Part shown: in pieces, positions 10,651-22,534 of the stretch | How positions within the stretch are numbered: the stretch's first letter is position 1 | How the letters are laid out: each line of letters begins with the position of its first letter | From: a virus | Lineage: Duplodnaviria > Caudoviricetes | IMG/VR virus record: IMGVR_UViG_3300047539_000052 | Location: 4,310-68,309 of that record | DNA: 64,000 nt | Strand: one strand, 5' to 3' | Program-made: the position numbers and the translations under genes | The notes under the pieces: model-generated | What the model was told of the DNA's origin: nothing | Database searches by the model: none | What the model saw: only the letters and a program-made list of their open reading frames with translations

Positions 10651-11027
10651 AGCTACCCTCTGAAATCAGTATCGGGAAACTGTGGGCCATCGCTCGAACC
10701 GATTTAGGTTTGGGCGATGATGAGTTTCTGAGCGTGATTCCAGCGGCACTCGAACTCCTGATGCGGCGGCTTCAGGTGCATGACAGAAAAGCATTACATG
10801 GGCCAGCAATGGTCTGCGCGGAGGTTTGGAATGCGGCAGGAATGCACCTCGACCGGGATAAACTTCCCGAAGGATTAGTCCCGAAAGACTTCCTCCCTGA
10901 GCTTCCGGAAGAACGAATGCAGCGATTGGTGGAGGAAGAAGAAGAAAGAAACTATGTGCCTACCGCAGAAGAGCTGGCGGCGTTTAAGGAACGGTTGATG
11001 AAGGCGCCGAAGAGTTTTAAGCACTAA
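10614..11027 (+). CDS. tail assembly chaperone frameshift extension (gpT-like)
   Basis: -1 frame reads ..KLWAIARTDLGLGDDEFLSVIP..; no own ATG. Confidence 0.7.
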   Translation, partial: PKRPDAGNSGGLKLPSEISIGKLWAIARTDLGLGDDEFLSVIPAALELLMRRLQVHDRKALHGPAMVCAEVWNAAGMHLDRDKLPEGLVPKDFLPELPEERMQRLVEEEEERNYVPTAEELAAFKERLMKAPKSFKH

Positions 11028-11029
11028 CC

Positions 11030-11428
11030 CTACCAATTTGCTTTTGCGCGGGCATCCGCTTTGGCGTCCGCTTCATGGGCGCGTTTGACGCGAGCCATTA
11101 GGTTTTGGCATCGCTCCTGATTTGCCTTATGGGTTGGGGGCGGTTCATTGGTGCATTTATAGAAGAGATCGCCTTCGGAATCGCTAAACTTCGCGTTTAC
11201 GTATCTGATTTCTAGTTCCCGCATTACACGCTGATGTTCGAAATTTTGGTTGTCGATGACTTCCTGCATGTGCCGCTGCGCTTCAACGAAGGCAGGATTG
11301 GCGTTTGGATTGGGCTCCTGACCTGCGGCTATTAACATGACCACGACGAAAATAGCCACAATGCCAGCGATAACAACAGAAACGTTTCGAACAGTCTTCG
11401 TCATAAACTGATGCTCCTTCGCTGCCAT
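11030..11428 (-). CDS. antisense moron, membrane-anchored hypothetical protein
   Basis: TM segment VSVVIAGIVAIFVVVMLIAAG; own promoter upstream. Confidence 0.6.
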   Translation of the reverse strand: MAAKEHQFMTKTVRNVSVVIAGIVAIFVVVMLIAAGQEPNPNANPAFVEAQRHMQEVIDNQNFEHQRVMRELEIRYVNAKFSDSEGDLFYKCTNEPPPTHKANQERCQNLMARVKRAHEADAKADARAKANW

Positions 11429-11437
11429 TTGGACGAA

Positions 11438-11466
11438 ACTATCCTCTATTTCTGAGGCCTAGTCAA
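11438..11466 (-). promoter_or_regulatory. sigma70-like promoter of the 11030..11428 moron
   Basis: TTGACT-17 bp-GATAGT on the minus strand, 9 nt before the ATG. Confidence 0.5.
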
Positions 11467-11505
11467 CGATTTTCAAAACTCTAGGGTCTAAAGTCCTCAT
11501 CCCTT

Positions 11506-12165
11506 ATGAATGCAGTTTTCTCCATGAACGGGCTGCCCACGCTGAATGCGCGGCTGGACAAGATCGCGATGGCGGTGGCTAATCCCATCACGCGCGAAGC
11601 GCTGGAGGCTGGCGGGAAGGTGATCCAGAAGCGCGCTGAAGCTGAAGTCCATCGCTTAACCGGGATGCTGGCGGGCGATATTGTGGTAGTTACCCGAATC
11701 AAGCAAGCTTCCGCGCCAGTGGGCCAAGGTCATTTCAATGCCGGCGAGAAGTATGTCTTAATCGGGCCGGGCTGGAATCCAGACTTAACCCGACACTCTG
11801 GCTTATCCGGACAACCTTACGCTTCGAAGACCGGACCAATCGGAAATCGTCAAGCTTCGAATCGTGAAGTAAAAGCGGCGGACCAAACGACGAACCCTGG
11901 AGTGTATGGCTACTTCCTAGAAGTTGGACACCGTGCGCCGGGACAAGGACTAACCCACAATCAGGACTATCGCCGTGCTGCGGCCGCTCTGCGCAAACAA
12001 GGCAAGAAGCTGAATACATATACGACGCCATCCTCCCGCGACTACGGACATCTCAGCACTCCGCCCTATCCGTGGCTGAAACCCGCATTCGATAGCAGCA
12101 AAGATGAAGCGGTAAGCAAAATGGCGGAAGTGATCGAAAGCAGACTCGACGGACTCGGACTGTGA
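11506..12165 (+). CDS. HK97 gp10-like putative tail/neck component
   Basis: REALEAGGKVI...TGMLAGDI...YGYFLEVG...PYPWLKPAFD motifs. Confidence 0.75.
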   Translation: MNAVFSMNGLPTLNARLDKIAMAVANPITREALEAGGKVIQKRAEAEVHRLTGMLAGDIVVVTRIKQASAPVGQGHFNAGEKYVLIGPGWNPDLTRHSGLSGQPYASKTGPIGNRQASNREVKAADQTTNPGVYGYFLEVGHRAPGQGLTHNQDYRRAAAALRKQGKKLNTYTTPSSRDYGHLSTPPYPWLKPAFDSSKDEAVSKMAEVIESRLDGLGL

Positions 12166-12178
12166 AACGGTAGCGAAA

Positions 12179-12457
12179 CTAAATCCCGAAAACGTGCCGA
12201 TTCAATTCTCTATTGGCTGCTTGTCTTTGATCGGATATTCGCTGATAGTGGCTCTGCGCTTCCCGTTCGATGGTGATAGCGCGATCCAATGCCTCTCTAG
12301 CGATGGTCAGCTCCGTATCAATTTCTCGACATTTGGCCACGATAGCGAGAACCTCAACTTCCTCGATGGAGTGCCTGCTCGGAACGTATTGGCCTTTGAC
12401 TTCATTGCAGGTATCGCGCGAAGAACTTTCGAATGTCTCTCTCGTTTTTCTCATCAC
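12179..12457 (-). CDS. antisense hypothetical protein carrying a tail-tip-like peptide
   Basis: Coiled-coil ORF; TTGCCA-16-TAAAAT promoter-like sequence upstream. Confidence 0.5.
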   Translation of the reverse strand: MMRKTRETFESSSRDTCNEVKGQYVPSRHSIEEVEVLAIVAKCREIDTELTIAREALDRAITIEREAQSHYQRISDQRQAANRELNRHVFGI

Positions 12458-12481
12458 CCAATTTTAGCTAGAAACTAATTT

Positions 12482-15400
12482 ATGGCAACTCTCAATGTAG
12501 GCGCGATGGCCGCTCGGCTGGGACTAGATCCCAGCGAGTTCATGGACAAAATGAAAGGTGTCCAAGGATTCAACGGCTTTGTCTCGTCCGAAATGGCGCG
12601 CCAGTGGAAGAAGACAGGAAGAGACGGACAGGAAGGACTTCGCCTCATAGACGAAGCTCTAGGAATCCATGTAGCCCGCCCGGTCGCACGCATCGTAAGC
12701 GAAACCTTTCCCGCGCTTGGTAAAGCTCTGGGTGGCATTCTTCCAGGGATTGCTTTCAGCGCTCTGGGATATGCGATTGTCGAATTCGGGGAACACATCA
12801 GCCAGAAGATGGCAGAGGCCAAAAAGAAGCAGGAAGAGTACAACGAAGCGGTTCGGACAGGGCAGCGAATTAACGAAGAGGCCGATGCTTCCCACGAAAG
12901 AACGATGGATGGGCTGCGAGCCAAGATGGCTCAATTGCAGGGCGATACGAAAGGCGCAGCATTCTTCAAAGGACGCCAAGCCGATTCGGAGGCGATCGAG
13001 AAACTCGCAAAGCAGGTAGATGACGTCACGCAGGCGCTGCATCGCCAACAAGTTGCGGCCGCCGCGCTGATGCCTTGGTGGGAAGCGCTCGGGAAGGCTT
13101 GGCATTCGATTTCCACGGGCGACGCTACGGCTGCAATCGAGACAATTGACAGCGAGACAGAGAGCTTCCGGGAAAAGGCGTCATCGATGGCGCGAAAAGA
13201 CGAAGCGGATCATACCCATGAGGCCGCTAAATTCATCGAAGAGGAGCGCCGAAAGGCTCAAGCTGCTTACGATACGGCGAAGGCCGCACGAGCTGCTGCC
13301 GACGTCGGATGGAGCCTTACCGCTCCCGGGCCGACCGTTCCGCCCTCACGCTATTTGACGGGCAATGAAGCGCTGAAGGCTGGCGCGAATGCGGCCCAAG
13401 ATGACCCCAAAGTCCTAGAGGCGGCCAAGCGCAGATTGGACGCGGCGAATCAGATTGCAAAAGATGCGCAGCATGATGCGGACGAAGCGAAAGCTAAAGC
13501 GCAAGTGGATGCTATCGAGCTTGGAAAAAAGCACGCCGATCAGCTTCGCGCTGAGATTGAAGGCATCAATCGCCTGGTCGGATCTTCTCAAGCTCTAGCT
13601 GCCGCCGCCGAACTTTCCGCTGCCGCTACAGGCAAAGGAACTGCGCAGACGATTCTGGCCACGGCTGCAGGCGAAGCGCAAAAACGAATTCAAGACTTCA
13701 TTGCCGAAGAGGATACGAAGTATTTCGAGAACATGAATGATAAGGTTGCGGCCAATAAGAAATTCATCGCCGCCCTTGATGCCGGTATTCCCAAAATCCG
13801 CGCCGCAGCCCTAGCCGAACAAACCTTCAAAGCGGTTGCTGAAGCCAGCAAGAGCGTAGAGGAATACAACAAGACCATCAAAGAAAGAATTGCGGCACTG
13901 AATGAAGAGGCGGCTGGACATGGCAAAGTAGCCGCCGAAATGGCGAAGATGGATGCGGCATATGATCAGCTCAAGCAGAAGTCTGAAGCTGCTCAAAATG
14001 CGCGAGCCAATCTGGGGCGAATCTCGGGCGCGGAGACGAATCTTGAAGCCTTGATGCCTACCGTTCATACCGCAGGAGCGAAGCAGGCCATCACCGAACT
14101 CTTGGGCCAGATTCACTCCCTGAACGGCGATGTCACCTTTGACCAGATGGACGCGGAAGTTCTACGACTTTCGTCACATCTGAAACTCACTCCGGCGGAC
14201 GTGGCGAAACTGCGCGAAGCTCTCTTACCCTTACAGGGCCTCAAGATTGTCCCGCAGATTGTCGCACCTTCCCTCGCTCCGCTCGCGCTTGCCACGGCGG
14301 TATTACAGAATCTGAAGCACCAGCAGATCCGGCCCACTGTTCAAATGGACCCGCTGGCCGCTGCGTTCAATCGAATCGATGCTGCCATCAAAGAAATGGG
14401 CGGTAACGTCACCCCGGCGAAACTCGATGCCGCGATTACCAAAGTAACGGAGGATCTGAAACTCGCGCCTCCGGAAATCGCCAAGATTCGCGAAGCCTTC
14501 GCGCCGCTCGCGAATAAAGTCTATGCGCCGGTGGTTGCCCCATCCCTTGCGGCCTTGCCCGCGGTCAAAGCCAACCTCCTAGAACTCGAAAAGCAAATCA
14601 CTCCCAGCCTAAATACAAGCGGCATGATGGCGGCGGTTGCGCAATTACTGCGGCAAATCGACACGCTGGGTACGGCTTTTACTTTGGACAAGATGGATGC
14701 GGAAGTCGTAAAGCTCACCGACCATCTGAAACTGGCCCCGGCTGAAGCCGAAAAACTCCATCAAGCCATCGCGCCCATGCAGGGCATAACTTTAGCGCCC
14801 AAGCTCATTCCGCCCTCGGTCGAGGTACTTGCCGGCGTGCATGCGGAATTCGAAAAGATCAGTCACGCGCGGCTCACTCCTACCCTGGTCGCTCCCACGC
14901 TACAAACCGGCGCAATTATTGCGGCGGTCGATCAAATTGAAGCTGCCATCAAATCGATGGGCGGCGATGTAACCTGGGCCAAAGTGGACGCGGCGGTAAC
15001 CAAGGTAACCAGCGACCTGAAACTGATGCCGGCGGAAATCTCCACCATCCGGGCGATTCTCGCGCCGCTGGAGAATCAGAAGATCTCTCCGGTGATCGCT
15101 CCGTCAACTGCGTCGCTTCAGGCAGTTTATGCCAACCTCGAAACCCTAGACCATAAACAGGTTTCCCCTAGCATTGAGACTTCGCAGATGAGGGAAGCTA
15201 TCGCCCGACTGCACAGTCAACTCGATGGACTTGGGTCCGGTTTCGACTGGACCAAGAATGTCTCGTTCTCGGAAATCGATGGCGGCCTGAAGAAAATTTC
15301 AGAAGATTTGAAACTGGCCCCACAGCAAGTGGCGGCTCTTGAGGAATCTCTAAAACCTTTACAGAACTTCACCGCTGCGGCGACGGTATCGCTTTCCATT

Positions 15401-18400
15401 CCGAACTTGCCCGCAGTCTATAGCGCACTTGAGGAAGTAAAGAAGCAGCAGATCAGGCCCACGCGTGCAGACCGATGGGATGACGCGGGCGGTTGCCGAA
15501 CTGCTCGGCGATCTGGACAGGCTCGGAGGGAATGCAACTTGGGTCAAGATGGACGCCGAGATTACCCGGCTCACGGAACACCTGAAGCTCGCGCCCTCGG
15601 AGGCCGCGGAACTCCGCCGCATCATCGAGCCGATGGGGAGCCAGAAGATCGTCCCGACGGTTGCGCCCACGGTCGAACTCTCGGACGTTTACGCGAGACT
15701 CAATACCATTCGGCAGACGCAGGTTCGCCCGCAGATTCAGACTTCGCCGATGTTGCAGGCGATTGCGAAGGTGCATTCCGACCTTGGTGATCTGGGAAAT
15801 ATCACCCTCGATAGACTGGATGCGGAGATTCGCAAGGTAGGACAAGACTTCAAACTGCTGCCTTCCGAAGTAGAGGAGATTAAGCAGGTTCTCAACGGCC
15901 TGAATGTCACGGTCGCGCCTGCCGTGGCTTCGCCTGAACTTCGAAAGAAAGTGGACGGAGACCTCGAATCTTTGGTGAACAAGCAATTTAACCCAAAGAT
16001 TACGCCGACGATTGAAACCGAACACGCCGCGGCAGCGGTCAACCAGATTCGCGCCTACATGAAGAGCATGGGTGACGACCTCACCTGGCCGAAGCTCGAT
16101 GCGCAGGTCAATCAATTTAGCGGCGATCTGAAACTCCTGCCGGCGCAGATCTCAGCCATCCGCGATGTGCTGGCCCCCTTGCAAAATGTGAGCATTGCAC
16201 AAACCGCGAGCGCGTCCGAGGGGATTTCCAAAGTGAAGGCCAACCTCTTAGGCATTCAGACGCAGCTCACGCCAACCATTCAGACCGACGGCATGAAACA
16301 GGCCATCGCCGAATTGCATGCCGAACTGCACACGCTGGACGGAAATACTGCATTGCCCATCATGGATGCGGCGGTAAAGAAACTGACGGATGATCTGAAG
16401 CTGGCGCCCGCTGAAGTCGCGAAGATTCACCAAGCGTTGTTGCCTCTCAAGGACGCCGCTCTCGCGCCGGTGGTGGCTCCATCCGTGCATCTGGCCGATG
16501 TCAACGCCGCGCTCAGTACGGTAGAGCACCAAAAATTCACTCCACAGATTCAGATCGGCCCATTGATGCAGGTTATCGCCAACCTGCGAAAAGAACTTGG
16601 ATCGGTGGGCGATATCAGTCTGGCGAAGCTCAATGCGGAAGTGGTCAAACTCGGGGCTGATTTCAAACTGCTGCCCGCGGACGTGGACCGGATCCAGCAG
16701 GCGATCAATCACCTAACGCCGGTTGACGTGGCGGTGCGGACGGCGGCGATTGAAAAGGCAGACGCCAATATCCTAGCCCTGGGACAAAAGCAGCCGGCTC
16801 CGACGATTCAGACCAGTGGCCTGAGTGAAGCCATCAGACAGATCCTTTCCCAAATCGATAGCCTTGGCGGCATCGTAACCTGGGAAAAACTGGACGCGCA
16901 GATCATCGCGCTTACCGACCATTTGCATCTGGTTCCCGAGCAGGTAGCCGAACTCCGCCGCATCATCGAGCCGATGCAGTCCATCAAATTCACGGCTACG
17001 ATTCCGCCCGAGATGGTTGCGGAAGCGGAGGCGAAGCTCCGGAAGTTGGCGGCGCCGCTAGTTCCCACCGTCCAGACCGGGAACCTGGATCGTGCCATCT
17101 CTGTATTGTCATCCGAACTGAAGCGCATGGATGGGCCGACCGCGTTTCCGAGGATGGATGCGGAAGTCGTGAGGCTCACCAAGGATCTAAAGCTTGCGCC
17201 GGAAGAGGCTGCGAAGCTTCATCAAGCTCTGCTGGGCCTGCAAGATATCAAGGCTGAACCGAAAGTAGTTCCCACGCTGCATCTGGCGGATGTGAATGCC
17301 GCTCTTGAAACCATAGCGCATAAACAGTTTGCACCTCAGATTCAGACGTTCGCATTAACGCAAGCGATTGCCACTCTGAAAAGAGACCTAGGGACGGTCG
17401 GGAATATCAGCCTGTCCAAGCTTGATGCCGAGATTGCAAAACTGGCGAGCGACTTCAAGTTGATGCCTCCCGATGTCGAAGAGCTTCGGAAGGCCCTGGC
17501 GAATGTGAAACTCAACGTTACGCCCATCGTTGCCAGCGCTGCCAAAGAACAGGCGCTTGCGCAACTCGCGGAACTTCGAAAGACAATCGCTCCCCGAGTG
17601 GAAATTGCGTCCAGTTCGCCCGAAGCCATATCCATTCCCGCGCCGACTGTCGGAACGCCGGAAGCCCCGAATGTCCCGAACCTCGCTGCTCCATCGGTTG
17701 AAACTCCCAAGATTCCACTCGCTGCCGCTCCAACACTTCCGAAGGTTCCCGCTCCGACCATTGAAGATTTGACTACTCCTCCTATTACGTTCTCAGCGCC
17801 TTTAAACATTCCCGCGCCCACGGTCGGCACGGCGCAAACTCCCACTCCTACGCAAGCCACGGCTCCCGAGATTGCTGCGCCCAAAATCGCCCTACCCACT
17901 CTGCCGCCTGAAGCAACTGCACAACTAGAGGCCTTTCTCGACAAAACTAAAGAGGAAGGCGGCACGCTTACCTATTCGAAGATGGATGCGGAGATTGTAA
18001 AACTGGGAGCCGACTTCAAACTCCTGCCGGGAGACGTGGCCGCGTTGCGCGATGCCTTCTCCTTCCTTCTCAAACCCGCGCAGCAGATCGACATGGTGCT
18101 GGAATCCCTGCTCACGAAAAATATCAGCCCCAAACTCAAAGCAGTCGCCAAAGAACTCCAGCATTACATCGCGACCACGGGAGACGTCTCCTCATCAGGT
18201 ATCAACTATGAAATTGACAAGCTCACACAGGAGCACGGAGTCGAAGCCCAGGCATCCGTCATTAGGCAGCCCGTACAGGTTGTGGAGCAAAGGATTGAAG
18301 CGCAACAGGAATTGGATAAACCACAAGACCCAGCAGAGGCGAAGCGACTTATGCACGCCCAGCAGTATGCAGAAGAGCTGCACAAGATCACGGATGAAAT

Positions 18401-19967
18401 ACTATCGCAAAACGCGGCACAGCTTTCTGGTTCCGCCAGGTATGAGGCAGAACTGCAAAAGATCCTCCCCTATCTGGAAGCGTCGGCGAAACTAGCCGGC
18501 ATTTCTCCAGAGAACTTCAGTAAGGAAATCGACAATCTTCGCAAAGCTTACAGCGATCTGCAAAACGCGAAGATCGGAGGCGAGTTTGAGAAGCTTGTCC
18601 ATCAAATCCAGCTTGCCAGCATCGAAGCCTCAGCCTTTGCAACAGCCGATCCCTCCGCCAGACAAGAAGCGGAAGCACAGAAACTCGGTTTCGAATACCA
18701 CGCGAATGCGAAGCAGATTGCACTCGTCAAGAATGGCTTGATCGATCTCCAGCGAATTGAGAATGTGGGCAAAGCCTGGCTTAACGTAGATGCGCTGAAT
18801 GCGGCCGGGGCGAAGATGCAGGAACTCCAGCAGCAGATGGCCTATCTGAATCAGGCTGCAAAATCCGGGCAGACCATCACCGATAAAGGCGAAATTATCC
18901 AACTCTCCCCGCAAGCTCTCGCTGCCGTCAAATTGGAGATGCTCGATATTCAGAGCGAAGAAGACAAGATCGCACTAAAAACCGGAGACGTTAACGCCGG
19001 ATTCCAAGCTTGGATTACGCAATTACAGCATGTCCAAAGCGCCGGAGAGCTAACCCTTGAAGGCCTCGATCAGACCATGAAAGGGTTTGAAGATACCGCC
19101 ATCAATTCCCTGATGGCGGTGATGACCGCGCAGCGCGGCGAGCACCTAAAGCTGATCCGCGAACTGGATAAGATGTGGTCCCAATATTTCGATGGCCTCG
19201 CCAAAATGGCCATGAAGCAGGGGATGAACCAGCTATTAGCTCCGCTACTGAAACCCTTCCAGAAACAGCCGCCGGGGCAGGAAGATCCATTCGCTCCTAC
19301 GGCAAAGGGCGCCCTTACGGGTCTGGGATCATTTCCGAAGGCCGGAGGCGCGGCTGGTCTCACGCAAGCGGGTGGCTTGCTATCGGCGGCCGCACGAGAA
19401 CTTAGCGCGGCAGCAGCAGCCTTGCGAGGTGGCGCGGTGGGCGCCCCTACTACTTCTAGCGGAATTCCTTTCTTAGGGGGAATGGGCGGCGGCGGAGGCG
19501 CGGATGCTGGCGGTTCTCTCGGAGCCGGAGGAGACTTCGCTGGTTTCTTTGCCGAGGGCGGCGACGTCACTCCTGGAAGCAGTTTTGTCTCTGGCGAAGC
19601 CGGAGCGGAACAAGTGGACCTCGATCGCAGCGGGGGCGCCCACATTACGCCATTAGGATTCAGCGCTTCGGGCGGTGGAGATACGCATCAACACTTCGAC
19701 ATGAGGGGCGCAGTCGTAACCGATGATCTGATGCGACGAGCGGAAGCGGCAGCCTTAGTCCATGCCAGCCAAAAGCAGATGATGGGTGCCATGCCTGCAC
19801 AGCAGAGAGAAATCAATTTGAGGAAGCGGGAGTTTGAAAACCTCGAATTCTCGGTGAGTCGGCTTTCTCCAGGGGATGTTTTCATTGAATTTGTAGGTAA
19901 AGCGGAAGGATGGATCGGTACGGAACGGAAATGCTCCCACCGCAGCGCTAACTGCGAGACAAACTAG
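12482..19967 (+). CDS. tape measure protein (~2,490 aa); one frameshift near 15464
   Basis: N-term MATLNVGAMAARLGLDPSEF, helical Ala-rich body, internal repeats, C-term FFAEGGDV..GEAGAE; ORFs 12482..15790 and 15465..19967 join as RPT|VQTDG by removing one base. Confidence 0.85.
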
Positions 19968-19994
19968 ACGCGATAGGAATTGTCTTCGATCCAT
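19755..19994 (-). CDS. small protein with twin-arginine-like N-terminus, overlapping TMP 3' end
   Basis: MDRRQFLSRLVCLAVSAAVGA. Confidence 0.4.
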   Translation of the reverse strand: MDRRQFLSRLVCLAVSAAVGAFPFRTDPSFRFTYKFNENIPWRKPTHREFEVFKLPLPQIDFSLLCRHGTHHLLLAGMD

Positions 19995-20204
19995 GCGTTC
20001 AACAAGAGAGGCGCTTAGTCTCCGCCTCTAGCAGTTTCGCCGTCAATCGTACCAACCAAGCCAAATCTTTAAGAGTAATTCCATAGCCGCACATGGCCTC
20101 GCGCTTGATTCTCGCGAAACGTTCCACATCATCTTTGCCTAGCTTGTGCGCCATTTTCTGAGAGTCTTTTTCTGAGAGTCTAGTCCTCCGCCCCTGAAAC
20201 CTCT

Positions 20205-21671
20205 ATGCCTGCTTCCCTTGTCCAAAGTGCCACGTCAACTCTGAGCGGTGGCACAACTACGACCGCGACCTTTACGAATCCCGCGAAAGTTGGAAACTTT
20301 GTTATCGTCTCCTTCTGGTTCGCCCTGCCATCGGCAGACTCCGGCCCTCCGGTCATTACGGATACCTACAACAATTCCTTTATCATGGCCACTCTCGGGA
20401 ATGTCTTCGTTCCGGGAAGCGAGAGCACCACGCCGGTTTATCTCTATGCAGGCGTCGCTTATGCCGTAACGACTACCAGTGGCCCGGGGCAGGCGGTCAC
20501 CATCGTCTGGGATACGGCAGAAGTAAACTTTGTCACCATCTCAGAATGGAACAATTTGGAAGGACTCGAGGATGCAGTTTTTGCCGGCGTAAATGTGGCC
20601 GCAGGAACGCCCACCGCCGCGCCGACCGTAGGGCCAGTCACTCCGCCCTCGGATGGAGAGCTGGTTTATTGCATGTTCGTCTCCGACGGTCTGAATTACA
20701 GCGGGAATCCAGCTGCTGGAGCCGGCTTTAATCTTATCCAATCGGTTTACTATCCGAATTTCGCGTGGGGCGATGAGTACGTAATTCAAAGTGCCGAGGC
20801 TCCCGTCACCGGCACTTTCGAGGCAGGCGGCGTTTTCGCATCTCCCACCGGCTACGTTGCGGTTATCGTTACCTTCACCTCAAACGGCCCTCCGGCCTCC
20901 GGCACGTTAATGGAGAGAAGCTTTGCCTGCAATGGCTGCTTTGAATCTACGAGCGCTTATGGAGACGTGCTAAAGAGTTTGGCCCTCAGCATGGCCGGGT
21001 TTGTTGTTCCCCCAGGTGATTGCTGGCGAGTCTACGCAGGAAGCTACGTCCCTCCGACCGTAACGCTACAAGATATCGATTGTCGCGCGGCCATCAAGGG
21101 AGATTTCCGCCTATCAAGTCGTGATACTTGCAACGGAGTAAAAGGCCAGTACATCCCCGGATTTCTTCCCATCAATCCTTTAGGGCCACTTTCTTCCTCT
21201 CCGGCAAGTTCGGCGTGGAAGAAAACCGACTTCCCTCCGGTCCAGCGCGCGAACTACATCGAGGAAGATGATGGAATCATCCTCTGGAAAGATATCCAAC
21301 TGGATTTCACAATCAGTCTTTGGATGGCGCAGCGCATTGCGCGGATCGTGCTGGAACGATTAAGACGGCAGGTTACGGTTTCGCTTCCGGCCAAGCTTAC
21401 CGGCCTCGCTCTGCTCGCAGCCGACACGGTTGAATTTCTGCACGCGCGTTGGAATACGGCAGTTCCGCCTCCGCCCACTACCTTTCAGATTTCTCACACG
21501 GCTTTAAGGATGGAATCTCAGGCGGATGGAGTACCGGGGTTTGGCGTGGATTTAGTGCTGCGGCAGACCGATGCGGAAGTGTATGAGTTCGATCCGCCAA
21601 CCTCGCCGACGAATTGGGGATCGTACTCTGGATATGGTCAAACTGGAATTGGGGAAGGCAACGTAGAGTGA
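20205..21671 (+). CDS. tail-tip/host-specificity protein, C-terminal half, with an extra N-terminal beta-rich domain
   Basis: ERSFACNG..DVLKSLALSMAG....WRVYAGSY..P; NGVKGQY; WKDIQLDFT...AQRIARIVLERLRRQVTVSLP motifs of J-like tip proteins. Confidence 0.7.
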   Translation: MPASLVQSATSTLSGGTTTTATFTNPAKVGNFVIVSFWFALPSADSGPPVITDTYNNSFIMATLGNVFVPGSESTTPVYLYAGVAYAVTTTSGPGQAVTIVWDTAEVNFVTISEWNNLEGLEDAVFAGVNVAAGTPTAAPTVGPVTPPSDGELVYCMFVSDGLNYSGNPAAGAGFNLIQSVYYPNFAWGDEYVIQSAEAPVTGTFEAGGVFASPTGYVAVIVTFTSNGPPASGTLMERSFACNGCFESTSAYGDVLKSLALSMAGFVVPPGDCWRVYAGSYVPPTVTLQDIDCRAAIKGDFRLSSRDTCNGVKGQYIPGFLPINPLGPLSSSPASSAWKKTDFPPVQRANYIEEDDGIILWKDIQLDFTISLWMAQRIARIVLERLRRQVTVSLPAKLTGLALLAADTVEFLHARWNTAVPPPPTTFQISHTALRMESQADGVPGFGVDLVLRQTDAEVYEFDPPTSPTNWGSYSGYGQTGIGEGNVE

Positions 21672-21955
21672 GAATGCGGAAAGCTAAAGCCCGCTGCTGT
21701 CGTGTAAGCGGGCTCTAGGTGCTGCTCTTTTGGCGCTCAGCCCATCCTCTGAAGAACCGTCTGAGACTTGAACTCCCGTTTCGCCGGTCCTCTGCGACAG
21801 CCCAGTAGCAGGATCACGTGTCGGTCCCCTTTACTCTCAGCCGCCTCGGGGACGAGATCTCCGTCAGTTTCTTCTCAGTCTTGCGGGCCTTGCTGTTTGT
21901 GGAATGTCTCGCGACGTTCGCTCGAAAAATCCTATCACGCGGCCTTGGAGTTTGC

Positions 21956-22534
21956 ATGAAACTGAAACTTTTATCTGTGATAATCGCGGCTCTAATTCTG
22001 AGTTCCGCGGCCTTTGCCCAACTGCCCTGTTTTGGCACAGCACCAGTCACGCCAAACCTGGGCTTCTCAATTCCGGTCTACAACTTCAACAACTGGAATG
22101 TGAACATCAATGACGATTTCTCCTGCCTGGATAATTACTTATCGGGAGCAACCGCCATTCCAGCAATCAAGATTACAGGAGCGCCTTCTGGCAGCGTTGT
22201 CGCGGCAGATGGAACGGGATATGTAACCCCGCTGCTCTCGGTCGCAAGCGGCACAGTTACCTTTCCCACAGCGACCTATTCGTCTGGTGCGTGTGGAACG
22301 GTGCAGAGCCTGACGGCAACGGGTGCGCTTTCGACAGACCGGATCAGTACCACTCCTAACGCTAACTGGGCCACGATTTCCGGCGGCGGATTCGTTCCTG
22401 GCGTCTCTGGAAATCCGCTGACGGTAGTGCCCTTTATCAGTTCCGGTCAAGCCAACTTCCAACTCTGTAACTACTCCTCATCGAGCGTTACAACGACGGC
22501 CTCCACTACGGCCAATTGGGGAGTGACGCGGTGA
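21956..22534 (+). CDS. fibre-like protein with signal peptide
   Basis: MKLKLLSVIIAALILSSAAFA-Q; TPNLGFSIP...WNVNINDDFSCLD resembles tail-fibre N-termini. Confidence 0.6.
   Translation: MKLKLLSVIIAALILSSAAFAQLPCFGTAPVTPNLGFSIPVYNFNNWNVNINDDFSCLDNYLSGATAIPAIKITGAPSGSVVAADGTGYVTPLLSVASGTVTFPTATYSSGACGTVQSLTATGALSTDRISTTPNANWATISGGGFVPGVSGNPLTVVPFISSGQANFQLCNYSSSSVTTTASTTANWGVTR

Noticed and set aside
15455-15475. Programmed frameshift or genuine split in the tape measure gene
   Set aside because: No slippery heptamer; removing one base restores a repeat unit, consistent with a consensus indel.
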